From Antedon mediterranea (taxonomy: Eukaryota; Animalia; Echinodermata), in assembly GCF_964355755.1 (NCBI RefSeq), contig NC_092677.1, forward strand, positions 20,978,101 to 21,042,100: a DNA stretch of 64,000 nucleotides, given 5' to 3'. Shown one piece after another: positions 39,101 through 54,100 of this stretch (position 1 is the first letter of the stretch; every line of letters starts with the position of its first letter). The notes below the pieces were generated by a model. The model was not told the origin of the DNA. It saw only the letters and a program-made list of their open reading frames with translations, and did not search any database. A program made the position numbers and the translations under genes.

Positions 39101-42100
39101 GTTAACATAAAAACACCAAAGTGCTCAGAATACCTTCAAATCGCATTTGGAGACGTTTTAGACCATTTTGTGATTTTCGAAAAAACTTGTTAACATAAAA
39201 ACACCAAAGTGCTCAGAAAAGCTTCAAATCGCAATTGGAGACGTTTTAAACCATTTTGTTCATTTCGATGAAACTTGGTTACACAAAAACATCAAATTGC
39301 ACAAAATGGCTTAATATGGTATGGGAAAACGTTTTAGACCATTTTGAACATTTCGAGAAAACTTTTTCACACAAAACTTCAAAGTGTACAGAATAGCTTC
39401 AAATCGCATTAGAAACCGTTTTAGACCATTTTGAGCATTTCGAAAAAAACTTTTTCACACAAAACATCAAAGTTTACAAAATAGCTTCAAATCGCATTTG
39501 GAGACGTTTTAGACCATTTTGTGATTTTCGAAAAAACTTGTTAACATAAAAACACCAAAGTGCTCTGAATACCTTCAAATCGCATTTTGAGACGTTTTAG
39601 ACCATTTTGTGATTTTCGAAAAAACTTGTTAACATAAAAATACCAAAGTGCTCAGAATACCTTCAAATCGTGTTTTGAGACGTTTAAGACCATTTTGTGA
39701 TTTTCGAAAAAACTTGTTAACATAAAAACACCAAAGTGCTCAGAATACCTTCAAATCGCATTTGGAGACGTTTTAGACCATTTTGTGATTTTCGAAAAAA
39801 CTTGTTAACATAAAAACACCAAAGTGCTCAGAAAAGCTTCAAATCGCATTTGGAGACGTTTTAAACCATTTTGTTCATTTCGATGAAACTTGGTTACACA
39901 AAAACATCAAAGAGCACAAAAGTATTTAAAAACGTTTTAGACCATTTTGAGCATACCGACAAAACTTTTTCACACAAAACATCAAAGTGTACAGAATAGC
40001 TTTAAATCGCATTTGGAGACGTTTTAGACCATTTTGTAGTTTTCGAAAAAACTTGTTAACATAAAAACACAAAAGAGCTTCAAATCGCATTTGGAGACGT
40101 TTTAGACCCTTTTGTGCATTTCGATGAAACTTGGTTACACAAAAACATCAAAGTGCTTAAAATCACATTAGAAACCGTTTTAGACCATTTTGAGCATTTC
40201 GTTAAAACTTTTCACACAAAAACATCAAAGTCCACAAAATAGCTTAATATCGTATTCAAAAACGTTTTAGACCATTTTGAGCATTTCGAAAAAACTTTTT
40301 CACACAAAACATCAAAGTTTACAAAATAGCTTCAAATCGCATTTGGAGACGTTTTAGACCATTTTGTGATTTTCGAAAAAACTTGTTAACATAAAAACAC
40401 CAAAGTGCTCAGAATACCTTCAAATCGCATTTTGAGACGTTTTAGACCATTTTGTGATTTTCAAAAAAACAACATAAAAACACCAAAGTGCTCAGAATAC
40501 CTTCAAATCGCATTTGGAGACGTTTTAGACCATTTTGTGATTTTGGAAAAAACTTGTTAACATAAAAACACCAAAGTGCTCAGAATACCTTCAAATCGTA
40601 TTTTGAGACGTTTTAGACAATTTTGTGATTTTCGAAAAAACTTGTTAACATAAAAACACCAAAGTGCTTAGAAAAGCTTCAAATCGCATTTGGAGACGTT
40701 TTAGACCATTTTGTGCATTTCGATGAAACTTGGTTACACAAAAACATCAAAGTGTACAGAATAGCTTCAAATCGCATTAGAAACCGTTTTAGACCATTTT
40801 GAGCATTTCGAAAAAACTTTTTCACACAAAACATCAAAGTGTACAAAATAGCTTCAAATCGCATTTGGAGACGTTTTAGACAATTTTGTGATTTTCGAAA
40901 AAACTTGTTTACATAAAAACACCAAAGTGCTCAGAATAGCTTCCAATCGCATTTGGAGACGTTTTAGACCCTTTTGTGCATTTCGATGAAACTTGGTTAC
41001 ACAAAAACATCAAAGTGCTTAAAATCACAGTAGAAACGGTTTTAGACCATTTTGAGCATTTCGTTAAAATTTTTCACAGAAAAACATCAAAGAGCAAAAA
41101 ATAGCTTAATATCGTATTTAAAAACGTTTTAGACCATTTTGAGCATTTCGACAAAACTTTTTCACACAAAACATCAAAGTATACAGATAAGCTTCAAATC
41201 GCATTTGGAGACGTTTTAAACCATTTTGAGCATTTCGATAAAATTTTACACACAAAAACATCAAAGTGCACAAAATAGCTTAATATGGTATTTAAAAACG
41301 TTTTAGACCATTTTGAGCATTTCAACAAAACTTTTTCTCACAAAACATCAAAGTGTACAGAATAGCTTCAAATCGCATTTGGAGACGTTTTAGACCATTT
41401 TGTGCATTTCGATGAAACTTGGTTACACAAAAACATCAAAGTGCTTAAAATCACATTTTGAGCATTTCGTTAAAACTTTTCACACAAAAACATCAAAGTC
41501 CACAAAATAGCTTAATATCGTATTTAAAAACGTTTTAGACCATTTTGAGCATTTTCGAAAAAACTTGTTAACATAAAAACACCAAAGTGCTCAGAATACC
41601 TTCAAATCGTGTTTTGAGACGTTTTAGACCGTTTTGTAATTTTCGAAAAAACTTGTTAACATAAAAACACCAAAGTGCTCAGAATACCTTCACATCGCAT
41701 TTTGAGACGTTTTAGACCATTTTGTGATTTTCGAAAAAACTTGTTAACATAAAAACACCAAAGTGCTTAGAAAAGCTTGAAATCGCATTTGGAGACGTTT
41801 TAGACCATTTTGTGCATTTCGATGAAACTTGGTTAAAGTGCTTAAAATCACATTTTGAGCATTTCGTTAAAACTTTTCACACAAAAACATCAAAGAGTAA
41901 AAAATAGCTTAATATCGTATTTAAAAACGTTTTAGACCATTTTGAGCATTTCGACAAAATTTTTTCACACAAAACATCAAAGTGTACAGAATAGCTTTAA
42001 ATCGCATTTGGAGACGTTTTAGACCATTTTGTTCATTTCGATGAAACAAAAACACAAAAACATCAAATTGCACAAAATGGCTTAATATGATATGGGAAAA

Positions 42101-45100
42101 CGTTTTAGACCATTTTGAACATTTCGTTAAAAGTTTTCACAAAAAAACATCAAAGTCCACAAAATAGCTTAATATCGTATTTAAAAACGTTTTAGACAAT
42201 TTTGAGCATTTCGAAAAAACTTTTTCACACAAAACATCAAAGTTTACAAAATAGCTTCAAATCGCATTTGGAGACGTTTTAGACCATTTTGTGATTTTCG
42301 AAAAAACTTGTTAACATAAAAACACCAAAGTGCTCAGAATACCTTCAAATCGCATTTTGAGACGTTTTAGACCATTTTGTGATTTTCGAAAAAACTTGTT
42401 AACATAAAAACACCAAAGTGCTCAGAATACCTTCAAATCGTGTTTTGAGACGTTTTAGACCATTTTGTGATTTTGGAAAAACTTGTTAACATAAAAACAC
42501 CAAAGTGCTCAGAATACCTTCAAATCGCATTTGGAGACGTTTTAGACCATTTTGTGATTTTCGAAAAAACTTGTTAACATAAAAACACCAAAGTGCTCAG
42601 AAAAGCTTCAAATCGCAATTGGAGACGTTTTAAACCATTTTGTTCATTTCGATGAAACTTGGTTACACAAAAACATCAAATTGCACAAAATGGCTTAATA
42701 TGGTATGGGAAAACGTTTTAGACCATTTTGAACATTTCGAGAAAACTTTTTCACACAAAACTTCAAGGTGTACAGAATAGCTTCAAATCGCATTAGAAAC
42801 CGTTTTAGACCATTTTGAGCATTTCGAAAAAAACTTTTTCACACAAAACATCAAAGTTTACAAAATAGCTTCAAATCGCATTTGGAGACGTTTTAGACCA
42901 TTTTGTGATTTTCGAAAAAACTTGTTAACATAAAAACACCAAAGTGCTCAGAATACCTTCAAATCGCATTTTGAGACGTTTTAGACCATTTTGTGATTTT
43001 CGAAAAAACTTGTTAACATAAAAATACCAAAGTGCTCAGAATACCTTCAAATCGTGTTTTGAGACGTTTTAGACCATTTTGTGATTTTCGAAAAAACTTG
43101 TTAACATAAAAACACCAAAGTGCTCAGAATACCTTCAAATCGCATTTGGAGACGTTTTAGACCATTTTGTGATTTTCGAAAAAACTTGTTAACATAAAAA
43201 CACCAAAGTGCTCAGAAAAGCTTCAAATCGCAATTGGAGACGTTTTAAACCATTTTGTTCATTTCGATGAAACTTGGTTACACAAAAACATCAAAGAGCA
43301 CAAAAGTATTTAAAAACGTTTTAGACCATTTTGAGCATTCCGACAAAACTTTTTCACACAAAACATCAAAGTGTACAGAATAGCTTTAAATCGCATTTGG
43401 AGACGTTTTAGACCATTTTGTAGTTTTCGAAAAAACTTGTTAACATAAAAACACAAAAGAGCTTCAAATCGCATTTGGAGACGTTTTAGACCCTTTTGTG
43501 CATTTCGATGAAACTTGGTTACACAAAAACATCAAAGTGCTTAAAATCACATTAGAAACCGTTTTAGACCATTTTGAGCATTTCGTTAAAACTTTTCACA
43601 CAAAAACATCAAAGTCCACAAAATAGCTTAATATCGTTTTCAAAAACGTTTTAGACCATTTTGAGCATTTCGAAAAAACTTTTTCACACAAAACATCAAA
43701 GTTTACAAAATAGCTTCAAATCGCATTTGGAGACGTTTTAGACCATTTTGTGATTTTCGAAAAAACTTGTTAACATAAAAACACCAAAGTGCTCAGAATA
43801 CCTTCAAATCGCATTTGGAGACGTTTTAGACCATTTTGTGATTTTCGAAAAAACTTGTTAACATAAAAACACCAAAGTGCTTAGAAAAGCTTCAAATCGC
43901 ATTTGGAGACGTTTTAGACCATTTTGTGCATTTCGATGAAACTTGGTTACACAAAAACATCAAAGTGCTTAAAATCACATTTTGAGCATTTCGTTAAAAC
44001 TTTTCACACAAAAACATCAAAGAGCAAAAAATAGCTTAATATCGTATTTAAAAACGTTTTAGACCATTTTGAGCATTTCGACAAAACTTTTTCACACAAA
44101 ACATCAAAGTGTACAAAATAGCTTCAAATCGCATTTGGAGACGTTTTAGACAATTTTGTGATTTTCGAAAAAACTTGTTTACATAAAAACACCAAAGTGC
44201 TAAGAATAGCTTCCAATCGCATTTGGAGACGTTTTAGACCCTTTTGTGCATTTCGATGAAACTTGGTTACACAAAAACATCAAAGTGCTTAAAATCACAT
44301 TAGAAACCGTTTTAGAACATTTTGAGCATTTCGTTAAAATTTTTCACAGAAAAACATCAAAGAGCAAAAAATAGCTTAATATCGTATTTAAAAACGTTTT
44401 AGACCATTTTGAGCATTTCGACAAAACTTTTTCACACAAAACAACAAAGTGTACAGAATAGCTTCAAATCGCATTTGGAGACGTTTTAACCCATTTTGAG
44501 CATTTCGATAAAATTTTACACACAAAAACATCAAAGTGCACAAAATAGCTTAATATGGTATTTAAAAACGTTTTAGACCATTTTGAGCATTTCAACAAAA
44601 CTTTTTCTCACAAAACATCAAAGTGTACAGAATAGCTTCAAATCGCATTTGGAGACGTTTTAGACCATTTTGTGCATTTCGATGAAACTTGGTTACACAA
44701 AAACATCAAAGTGCTTAAAATCACATTTTGAGCATTTCGTTAAAACTCTTCACACAAAAACATCAAAGTCCACAAAATAGCTTAATATCGTATTTAAAAA
44801 CGTTTTAGACCATTTTGAGCATTTCGAAAAAACTTTTCCACACAAAACATCAAAGTTTACAAAATAGCTTCAAATCGCATTTGGAGACGTTTTAGACCAT
44901 TTTGTGATTTTCGAAAAAACTTGTTAACATAAAAACACCAAAGTGCTCAGAATACCTTCAAATCGCATTTGGAGACGTTTTAGACCTTTTTGTGCATTTC
45001 GATGAAACTTGGTTACACAAAAACATCAAAGTGCTTAAAATCACATTAGAAACCGTTTTAGACCATTTTGAGCATTTCGTTAAAATTTTTCACAGAAAAA

Positions 45101-48100
45101 CATCAAAGAGCAAAAAATAGCTTAATATCGTATTTAAAAACGTTTTAGACCATTTTGAGCATTTCGACAAAACTTTTTCACACAAAACATCAAAGTGTAC
45201 AGAATAGCTTCAAATCGCATTTGGAGACGTTTTAACCCATTTTGAGCATTTCGATAAAATTTTACACACAAAAACATCAAAGTGCACAAAATAGCTTAAT
45301 ATGGTATTTAAAAACGTTTTAGACCATTTTGAGCATTTCAACAAAACTTTTTCTCGCAAAACATCAAAGTGTACAGAATAGCTTCAAATCGCATTTGGAG
45401 ACGTTTTAGACCATTTTGTGCATTTCGATGAAACTTGGTTACACAAAAACATCAAAGTGCTTAAAATCACATTTTGAGCATTTCGTTAAAACTTTTCACA
45501 CAAAAACATCAAAGTCCACAAAATAGCTTAATATCGTATTTAAAAACGTTTTAGACCATTTTGAGCATTTCGAAAAAACTTTTCCACACAAAACATCAAA
45601 GTTTACAAAATAGCTTCAAATCGCATTTGGAGACGTTTTAGACCATTTTGTGATTTTCGAAAAAACTTGTTAACATAAAAACACCAAAGTGCTCAGAATA
45701 CCTTCAAATCGTGTTTTGAGACGTTTTAGACCATTTTGTAATTTTCGAAAAAACTTGTTAACATAAAAACACCAAAGTGCTCAGAATACCTTCACATCGC
45801 ATTTTGAGACGTTTTAGACCATTTTGTGATTTTCGAAAAAACTTGTTAACATAAAAACACCAAAGTGCTTAGAAAAGCTTGAAATCGCATTTGGAGACGT
45901 TTTAGACCATTTTGTGCATTTCGATGAAACTTGGTTAAAGTGCTTAAAATCACATTTTGAGCATTTCGTTAAAACTTTTCACACAAAAACATCAAAGAGT
46001 AAAAAATAGCTTAATATCGTATTTAAAAACGTTTTAGACCATTTTGAGCATTTCGACAAAATTTTTTCACACAAAACATCAAAGTGTACAGAATAGCTTT
46101 AAATCGCATTTGGAGACGTTTTAGACCATTTTGTTCATTTCGATGAAACAAAAACACAAAAACATCAAATTGCACAAAATGGCTTAATATGATATGGGAA
46201 AACGTTTTAGACCATTTTGAACATTTCGTTAAAAGTTTTCACAAAAAAACATCAAAGTCCACAAAATAGCTTAATATCGTATTTAAAAACGTTTTAGACC
46301 ATTTTGAGCATTTCGAAAAAACTTTTTCACACAAAACATCAAAGTTTACAAAATAGCTTCAAATCGCATTTGGAGACGTTTTAGACCATTTTGTGATTTT
46401 CGAAAAAACTTGTTAACATAAAAACACCAAAGTGCTCAGAATACCTTCAAATCGCATTTTGAGACGTTTTAGACCATTTTGTGATTTTCGAAAAAACTTG
46501 TTAACATAAAAACACCAAAGTGCTCAGAATACCTTCAAATCGTGTTTTGAGACGTTTTAGACCATTTTGTGATTTTGGAAAAACTTGTTAACATAAAAAC
46601 ACCAAAGTGCTCAGAATACCTTCAAATCGCATTTGGAGACGTTTTAGACCATTTTGTGATTTTCGGAAAAACTTGTTAACATAAAAACACCAAAGTGCTC
46701 AGAAAAGCTTCAAATCGCAATTGGAGACGTTTTAAACCATTTTTTTCATTTCGATGAAACTTGGTTACACAAAAACATCAAATTGCACAAAATGGCTTAA
46801 TATGGTATGGGAAAACGTTTTAGACCATTTTGAACATTTCGAGAAAACTTTTTCACACAAAACTTCAAAGTGTACAGAATAGCTTCAAATCGCATTAGAA
46901 ACCGTTTTAGACCATTTTGAGCATTTCGAAAAAACTTTTTCACACAAAACATCAAAGTTTACAAAATAGCTTCAAATCGCATTTGGAGACGTTTTAGACC
47001 ATTTTGTGATTTTCGAAAAAACTTGTTAACATAAAAACACCAAAGTGCTCAGAATACCTTCAAATCGCATTTTGAGACGTTTTAGACCATTTTGTGATTT
47101 TCGAAAAAACTTGTTAACATAAAAATACCAAAGTGCTCAGAATACCTTCAAATCGTGTTTTGAGACGTTTTAGACCATTTTGTGATTTTCGAAAAAACTT
47201 GTTAACATAAAAACACCAAAGTGCTCAGAATACCTTCAAATCGCATTTGGAGACGTTTTAGACCATTTTGTGATTTTCGAAAAAACTTGTTAACATAAAA
47301 ACACCAAAGTGCTCAGAAAAGCTTCAAATCGCAATTGGAGACGTTTTAAACCATTTTGTTCATTTCGATGAAACTTGGTTACACAAAAACATCAAAGAGC
47401 ACAAAAGTATTTAAAAACGTTTTAGACCATTTTGAGCATTCCGACAAAACTTTTTCACACAAAACATCAAAGTGTACAGAATAGCTTTAAATCGCATTTG
47501 GAGACGTTTTAGACCATTTTGTAGTTTTCGAAAAAACTTGTTAACATAAAAACACAAAAGAGCTTCAAATCGCATTTGGAGACGTTTTAGACCCTTTTGT
47601 GCATTTCGATGAAACTTGGTTACACAAAAACATCAAAGTGCTTAAAATCACATTAGAAACCGTTTTAGACCATTTTGAGCATTTCGTTAAAACTTTTCAC
47701 ACAAAAACATCAAAGTCCACAAAATAGCTTAATATCGTTTTCAAAAACGTTTTAGACCATTTTGAGCATTTCGAAAAAACTTTTTCACACAAAACATCAA
47801 AGTTTACAAAATAGCTTCAAATCGCATTTGGAGACGTTTTAGACCATTTTGTGATTTTCGAAAAAACTTGTTAACATAAAAACACCAAAGTGCTCAGAAT
47901 ACCTTCAAATCGCATTTGGAGACGTTTTAGACCATTTTGTGATTTTCGAAAAAACTTGTTAACATAAAAACACCAAAGTGCTTAGAAAAGCTTCAAATCG
48001 CATTTGGAGACGTTTTAGACCATTTTGTGCATTTCGATGAAACTTGGTTACACAAAAACATCAAAGTGCTTAAAATCACATTTTGAGCATTTCGTTAAAA

Positions 48101-51100
48101 CTTTTCACACAAAAACATCAAAGAGCAAAAAATAGCTTAATATCGTATTTAAAAACGTTTTAGACCATTTTGAGCATTTCGACAAAACTTTTTCACACAA
48201 AACATCAAAGTGTACAAAATAGCTTCAAATCGCATTTGGAGACGTTTTAGACAATTTTGTGATTTTCGAAAAAACTTGTTTACATAAAAACACCAAAGTG
48301 CTAAGAATAGCTTCCAATCGCATTTGGAGACGTTTTAGACCCTTTTGTGCATTTTGATGAAACTTGGTTACACAAAAACATCAAAGTGCTTAAAATCACA
48401 TTAGAAACCGTTTTAGAACATTTTGAGCATTTCGTTAAAATTTTTCACAGAAAAACATCAAAGAGCAAAAAATAGCTTAATATCGTATTTAAAAACGTTT
48501 TAGACCATTTTGAGCATTTCGACAAAACTTTTTCACACAAAACAACAAAGTGTACAGAATAGCTTCAAATCGCATTTGGAGACGTTTTAACCCATTTTGA
48601 GCATTTCAATAAAATTTTACACACAAAAACATCAAAGTGCACAAAATAGCTTAATATGGTATTTAAAAACGTTTTAGACCATTTTGAGCATTTCAACAAA
48701 ACTTTTTCTCACAAAACATCAAAGTGTACAGAATAGCTTCAAATCGCATTTGGAGACGTTTTAGACCATTTTGTGCATTTCGATGAAACTTGGTTACACA
48801 AAAACATCAAAGTGCTTAAAATCACATTTTGAGCATTTCGTTAAAACTCTTCACACAAAAACATCAAAGTCCACAAAATAGCTTAATATCGTATTTAAAA
48901 ACGTTTTAGACCATTTTGAGCATTTCGAAAAAACTTTTCCACACAAAACATCAAAGTTTACAAAATAGCTTCAAATCGCATTTGGAGACGTTTTAGACCA
49001 TTTTGTGATTTTCGAAAAAACTTGTTAACATAAAAACACCAAAGTGCTCAGAATACCTTCAAATCGCATTTGGAGACGTTTTAGACCCTTTTGTGCATTT
49101 CGATGAAACTTGGTTACACAAAAACATCAAAGTGCTTAAAATCACATTAGAAACCGTTTTAGACCATTTTGAGCATTTCGTTAAAATTTTTCACAGAAAA
49201 ACATCAAAGAGCAAAAAATAGCTTAATATCGTATTTAAAAACGTTTTAGACCATTTTGAGCATTTCGACAAAACTTTTTCACACAAAACATCAAAGTGTA
49301 CAGAATAGCTTCAAATCGCATTTGGAGACGTTTTAACCCATTTTGAGCATTTCGATAAAATTTTACACACAAAAACATCAAAGTGCACAAAATAGCTTAA
49401 TATGGTATTTAAAAACGTTTTAGACCATTTTGAGCATTTCAACAAAACTTTTTCTCGCAAAACATCAAAGTGTACAGAATAGCTTCAAATCGCATTTGGA
49501 GACGTTTTAGACCATTTTGTGCATTTCGATGAAACTTGGTTACACAAAAACATCAAAGTGCTTAAAATCACATTTTGAGCATTTCGTTAAAACTTTTCAC
49601 ACAAAAACATCAAAGTCCACAAAATAGCTTAATATCGTATTTAAAAACGTTTTAGACCATTTTGAGCATTTCGAAAAAACTTTTCCACACAAAACATCAA
49701 AGTTTACAAAATAGCTTCAAATCGCATTTGGAGACTTTTTAGACCATTTTGTGATTTTCGAAAAAACTTGTTAACATAAAAACACCAAAGTGCTCAGAAT
49801 ACCTTCAAATCGTGTTTTGAGACGTTTTAGACCATTTTGTAATTTTCGAAAAAACTTGTTAACATAAAAACACCAAAGTGCTCAGAATACCTTCACATCG
49901 CATTTTGAGACGTTTTAGACCATTTTGTGATTTTCGAAAAAACTTGTTAACATAAAAACACCAAAGTGCTTAGAAAAGCTTGAAATCGCATTTGGAGACG
50001 TTTTAGACCATTTTGTGCATTTCGATGAAACTTGGTTAAAGTGCTTAAAATCACATTTTGAGCATTTCGTTAAAACTTTTCACACAAAAACATCAAAGAG
50101 TAAAAAATAGCTTAATATCGTATTTAAAAACGTTTTAGACCATTTTGAGCATTTCGACAAAATTTTTTCACACAAAACATCAAAGTGTACAGAATAGCTT
50201 TAAATCGCATTTGGAGACGTTTTAGACCATTTTGTTCATTTCGATGAAACAAAAACACAAAAACATCAAATTGCACAAAATGGCTTAATATGATATGGGA
50301 AAACGTTTTAGACCATTTTGAACATTTCGTTAAAAGTTTTCACAAAAAAACATCAAAGTCCACAAAATAGCTTAATATCGTATTTAAAAACGTTTTAGAC
50401 CATTTTGAGCATTTCGAAAAAACTTTTTCACACAAAACATCAAAGTTTACAAAATAGCTTCAAATCGCATTTGGAGACGTTTTAGACCATTTTGTGATTT
50501 TCGAAAAAACTTGTTAACATAAAAACACCAAAGTGCTCAGAATACCTTCAAATCGCATTTTGAGACGTTTTAGACCATTTTGTGATTTTCGAAAAAACTT
50601 GTTAACATAAAAACACCAAAGTGCTCAGAATACCTTCAAATCGTGTTTTGAGACGTTTTAGACCATTTTGTGATTTTGGAAAAACTTGTTAACATAAAAA
50701 CACCAAAGTGCTCAGAATACCTTCAAATCGCATTTGGAGACGTTTTAGACCATTTTGTGATTTTCGGACAAACTTGTTAACATAAAAACACCAAAGTGCT
50801 CAGAAAAGCTTCAAATCGCAATTGGAGACGTTTTAAACCATTTTGTTCATTTCGATGAAACTTGGTTACACAAAAACATCAAATTGCACAAAATGGCTTA
50901 ATATGGTATGGGAAAACGTTTTAGACCATTTTGAACATTTCGAGAAAACTTTTTCACACAAAACTTCAAAGTGTACAGAATAGCTTCAAATCGCATTAGA
51001 AACCGTTTTAGACCATTTTGAGCATTTCGAAAAAACTTTTTCACACAAAACATCAAAGTTTACAAAATAGCTTCAAATCGCATTTGGAGACGTTTTAGAC

Positions 51101-54100
51101 CATTTTGTGATTTTCGAAAAAACTTGTTAACATAAAAACACCAAAGTGCTCAGAATACCTTCAAATCGCATTTTGAGACGTTTTAGACCATTTTTTGATT
51201 TTCGAAAAAACTTGTTAACATAAAAATACCAAAGTGCTCTGAATACCTTCAAATCGTGTTTTGAGACGTTTTAGACCATTTTGTGATTTTCGAAAAAACT
51301 TGTTAACATAAAAACACCAAAGTGCTCAGAATACCTTCAAATCGCATTTTGAGACGTTTTAGACCATTTTGTGATTTTCGAAAAAACTTGTTAACATAAA
51401 AACACCAAAGTGCTCAGAAAAGCTTCAAATCGCATTTGGAGACGTTTTAAACCATTTTGTTCATTTCGATGAAACTTGGTTACACAAAAACATCAAAGAG
51501 CACAAAAGTATTTAAAAACGTTTTAGACCATTTTGAGCATTCCGACAAAACTTTTTCACACAAAACATCAAAGTGTACAGAATAGCTTTAAATCGCATTT
51601 GGAGACGTTTTAGACCATTTTGTAGTTTTCGAAAAAACTTGTTAACATAAAAACACAAAAGAGCTTCAAATCGCATTTGGAGACGTTTTAGACCCTTTTG
51701 TGCATTTCGATGAAACTTGGTTACACAAAAACATCAAAGTGCTTAAAATCACATTAGAAACCGTTTTAGACCATTTTGAGCATTTCGTTAAAACTTTTCA
51801 CACAAAAACATCAAAGTCCACAAAATAGCTTAATATCGTATTCAAAAACGTTTTAGACCATTTTGAGCATTTCGAAAAAACTTTTTCACACAAAACATCA
51901 AAGTTTACAAAATAGCTTCAAATCGCATTTGGAGACGTTTTAGACCATTTTGTGATTTTCGAAAAAACTTGTTAACATAAAAACACCAAAGTGCTCAGAA
52001 TACCTTCAAATCGCATTTTGAGACGTTTTAGACCATTTTGTGATTTTCGAAAAAACAACATAAAAACACCAAAGTGCTCAGAATACCTTCAAATCGCATT
52101 TGGAGACGTTTTAGACCATTTTGTGATTTTGGAAAAAACTTGTTAACATAAAAACACCAAAGTGCTCAGAATACCTTCAAATCGTATTTTGAGACGTTTT
52201 AGACAATTTTGTGATTTTCGAAAAAACTTGTTAACATAAAAACACCAAAGTGCTTAGAAAAGCTCCAAATCGCATTTGGAGACGTTTTAGACCATTTTGT
52301 GCATTTCGATGAAACTTTGTTACACAAAAACATCAAAGTGTACAGAATAGCTTCAAATCGCATTAGAAACCGTTTTAGACCATTTTGAGCATTTCGAAAA
52401 AACTTTTTCACACAAAACATCAAAGTGTACAAAATAGCTTCAAATCGCATTTGGAGACGTTTTAGACAATTTTGTGATTTTCGAAAAAACTTGTTTACAT
52501 AAAAACACCAAAGTGCTAAGAATAGCTTCCAATCGCATTTGGAGACGTTTTAGACCTTTTTGTGCATTTCGATGAAACTTGGTTACACAAAAACATCAAA
52601 GTGCTTAAAATCACATTAGAAACCGTTTTAGACCATTTTGAGCATTTCGTTAAAATTTTTCACAGAAAAACATCAAAGAGCAAAAAATAGCTTAATATCG
52701 TATTTAAAAACGTTTTAGACCATTTTGAGCATTTCGACAAAACTTTTTCACACAAAACATCAAAGTGTACAGAATAGCTTAATATCGCATTTGGAGACGT
52801 TTTAACCCATTTTGAGCATTTCGATAAAATTTTACACACAAAAACATCAAAGTGCACAAAATAGCTTAATATGGTATTTAAAAACGTTTTAGAACATTTT
52901 GAGCATTTCAACAAAACTTTTTCTCACAAAACGTCAAAGTGTACAGAATAGCTTCAAATCGCATTTGGAGACGTTTTAGACCATTTTGTGCATTTCGATG
53001 AAACTTGGTTACACAAAAACATCAAAGTGCTTAAAATCACATTTTGAGCATTTCGTTAAAACTTTTCACACAAAAACATCAAAGAGTAAAAAATAGCTTA
53101 ATATCGTATTTAAAAACGTTTTAGACCATTTTGAGCATTTCGACAAAATTTTTTCACACAAAACATCAAAGTGTACAGAATAGCTTTAAATCGCATTTGG
53201 AGACGTTTTAGACCATTTTGTTAATTTCGATGAAACAAAAACACAAAAACATCAAATTGCACAAAATGGCTTAATATGATATGGGAAAACGTTTTAGACC
53301 ATTTTGAACATTTCGTTAAAAGTTTTCACACAAAAACATCAAAGTCCACAAAATAGCTTAATATCGTATTTAAAAACGTTTTAGACCATTTTGAGCATTT
53401 CGAAAAAACTTTTTCACACAAAACATCAAAGTTTACAAAATAGCTTCAAATCGCATTTGGAGACGTTTTAGACCATTTTGTGATTTTCGAAAAAACTTGT
53501 TAACATAAAAACACCAAAGTGCTCAGAATACCTTCAAATCGCATTTTGAGACGTTTTAGACCATTTTGTGATTTTCGAAAAAACTTGTTAACATAAAAAC
53601 ACCAAAGTGCTCAGAATACCTTCAAATCGTGTTTTGAGACGTTTTAGACCATTTTGTGATTTTCGAAAAAACTTGTTAACATAAAAACACCAAAGTGCTC
53701 AGAATACCTTCAAATCGCATTTTGAGACGTTTTAGACCATTTTGTGATTTTCGAAAAAACTTGTTAACATAAAAACACCAAAGTGCTCAGAATACCTTCA
53801 AATCGTGTTTTGAGACGTTTTAGACCATTTTGTGATTTTCGAAAAAACTTGTTAACATAAAAACACCAAAGTGCTTAGAAAAGCTTCAAATCGCATTTGG
53901 AGACGTTTTAGACCATTTTGTTCATTTCGATGAAACTTGGTTACACAAAAACATCAAAGAGCACAAAAGATCTTAATATCGTATTTAAAAACGTTTTAGA
54001 CCATTTTGAGCATTTCGAAAAAACTTTTTCACACAAAACATCAAAGTGTACAAAATAGCTTCAAATCGCATTTTGAGACGTTTTAGACAATTTTGTGATT

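Larger units (their letters stand above)
25487..46660 (+). repeat. 7,486-bp higher-order tandem duplication of the satellite (about 2.4 units; first unit carries the insertion)
   Basis: Private variants recur at +7486 (acagtagaaacggt 33541/41027; cttcaaggtg 35275/42761; ORF 33193/40679) and at +10861 = 7486+3375 across the insertion (cataccgac 29091/39952; gtttaagac 28821/39682). Boundaries approximate. Confidence 0.88.
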
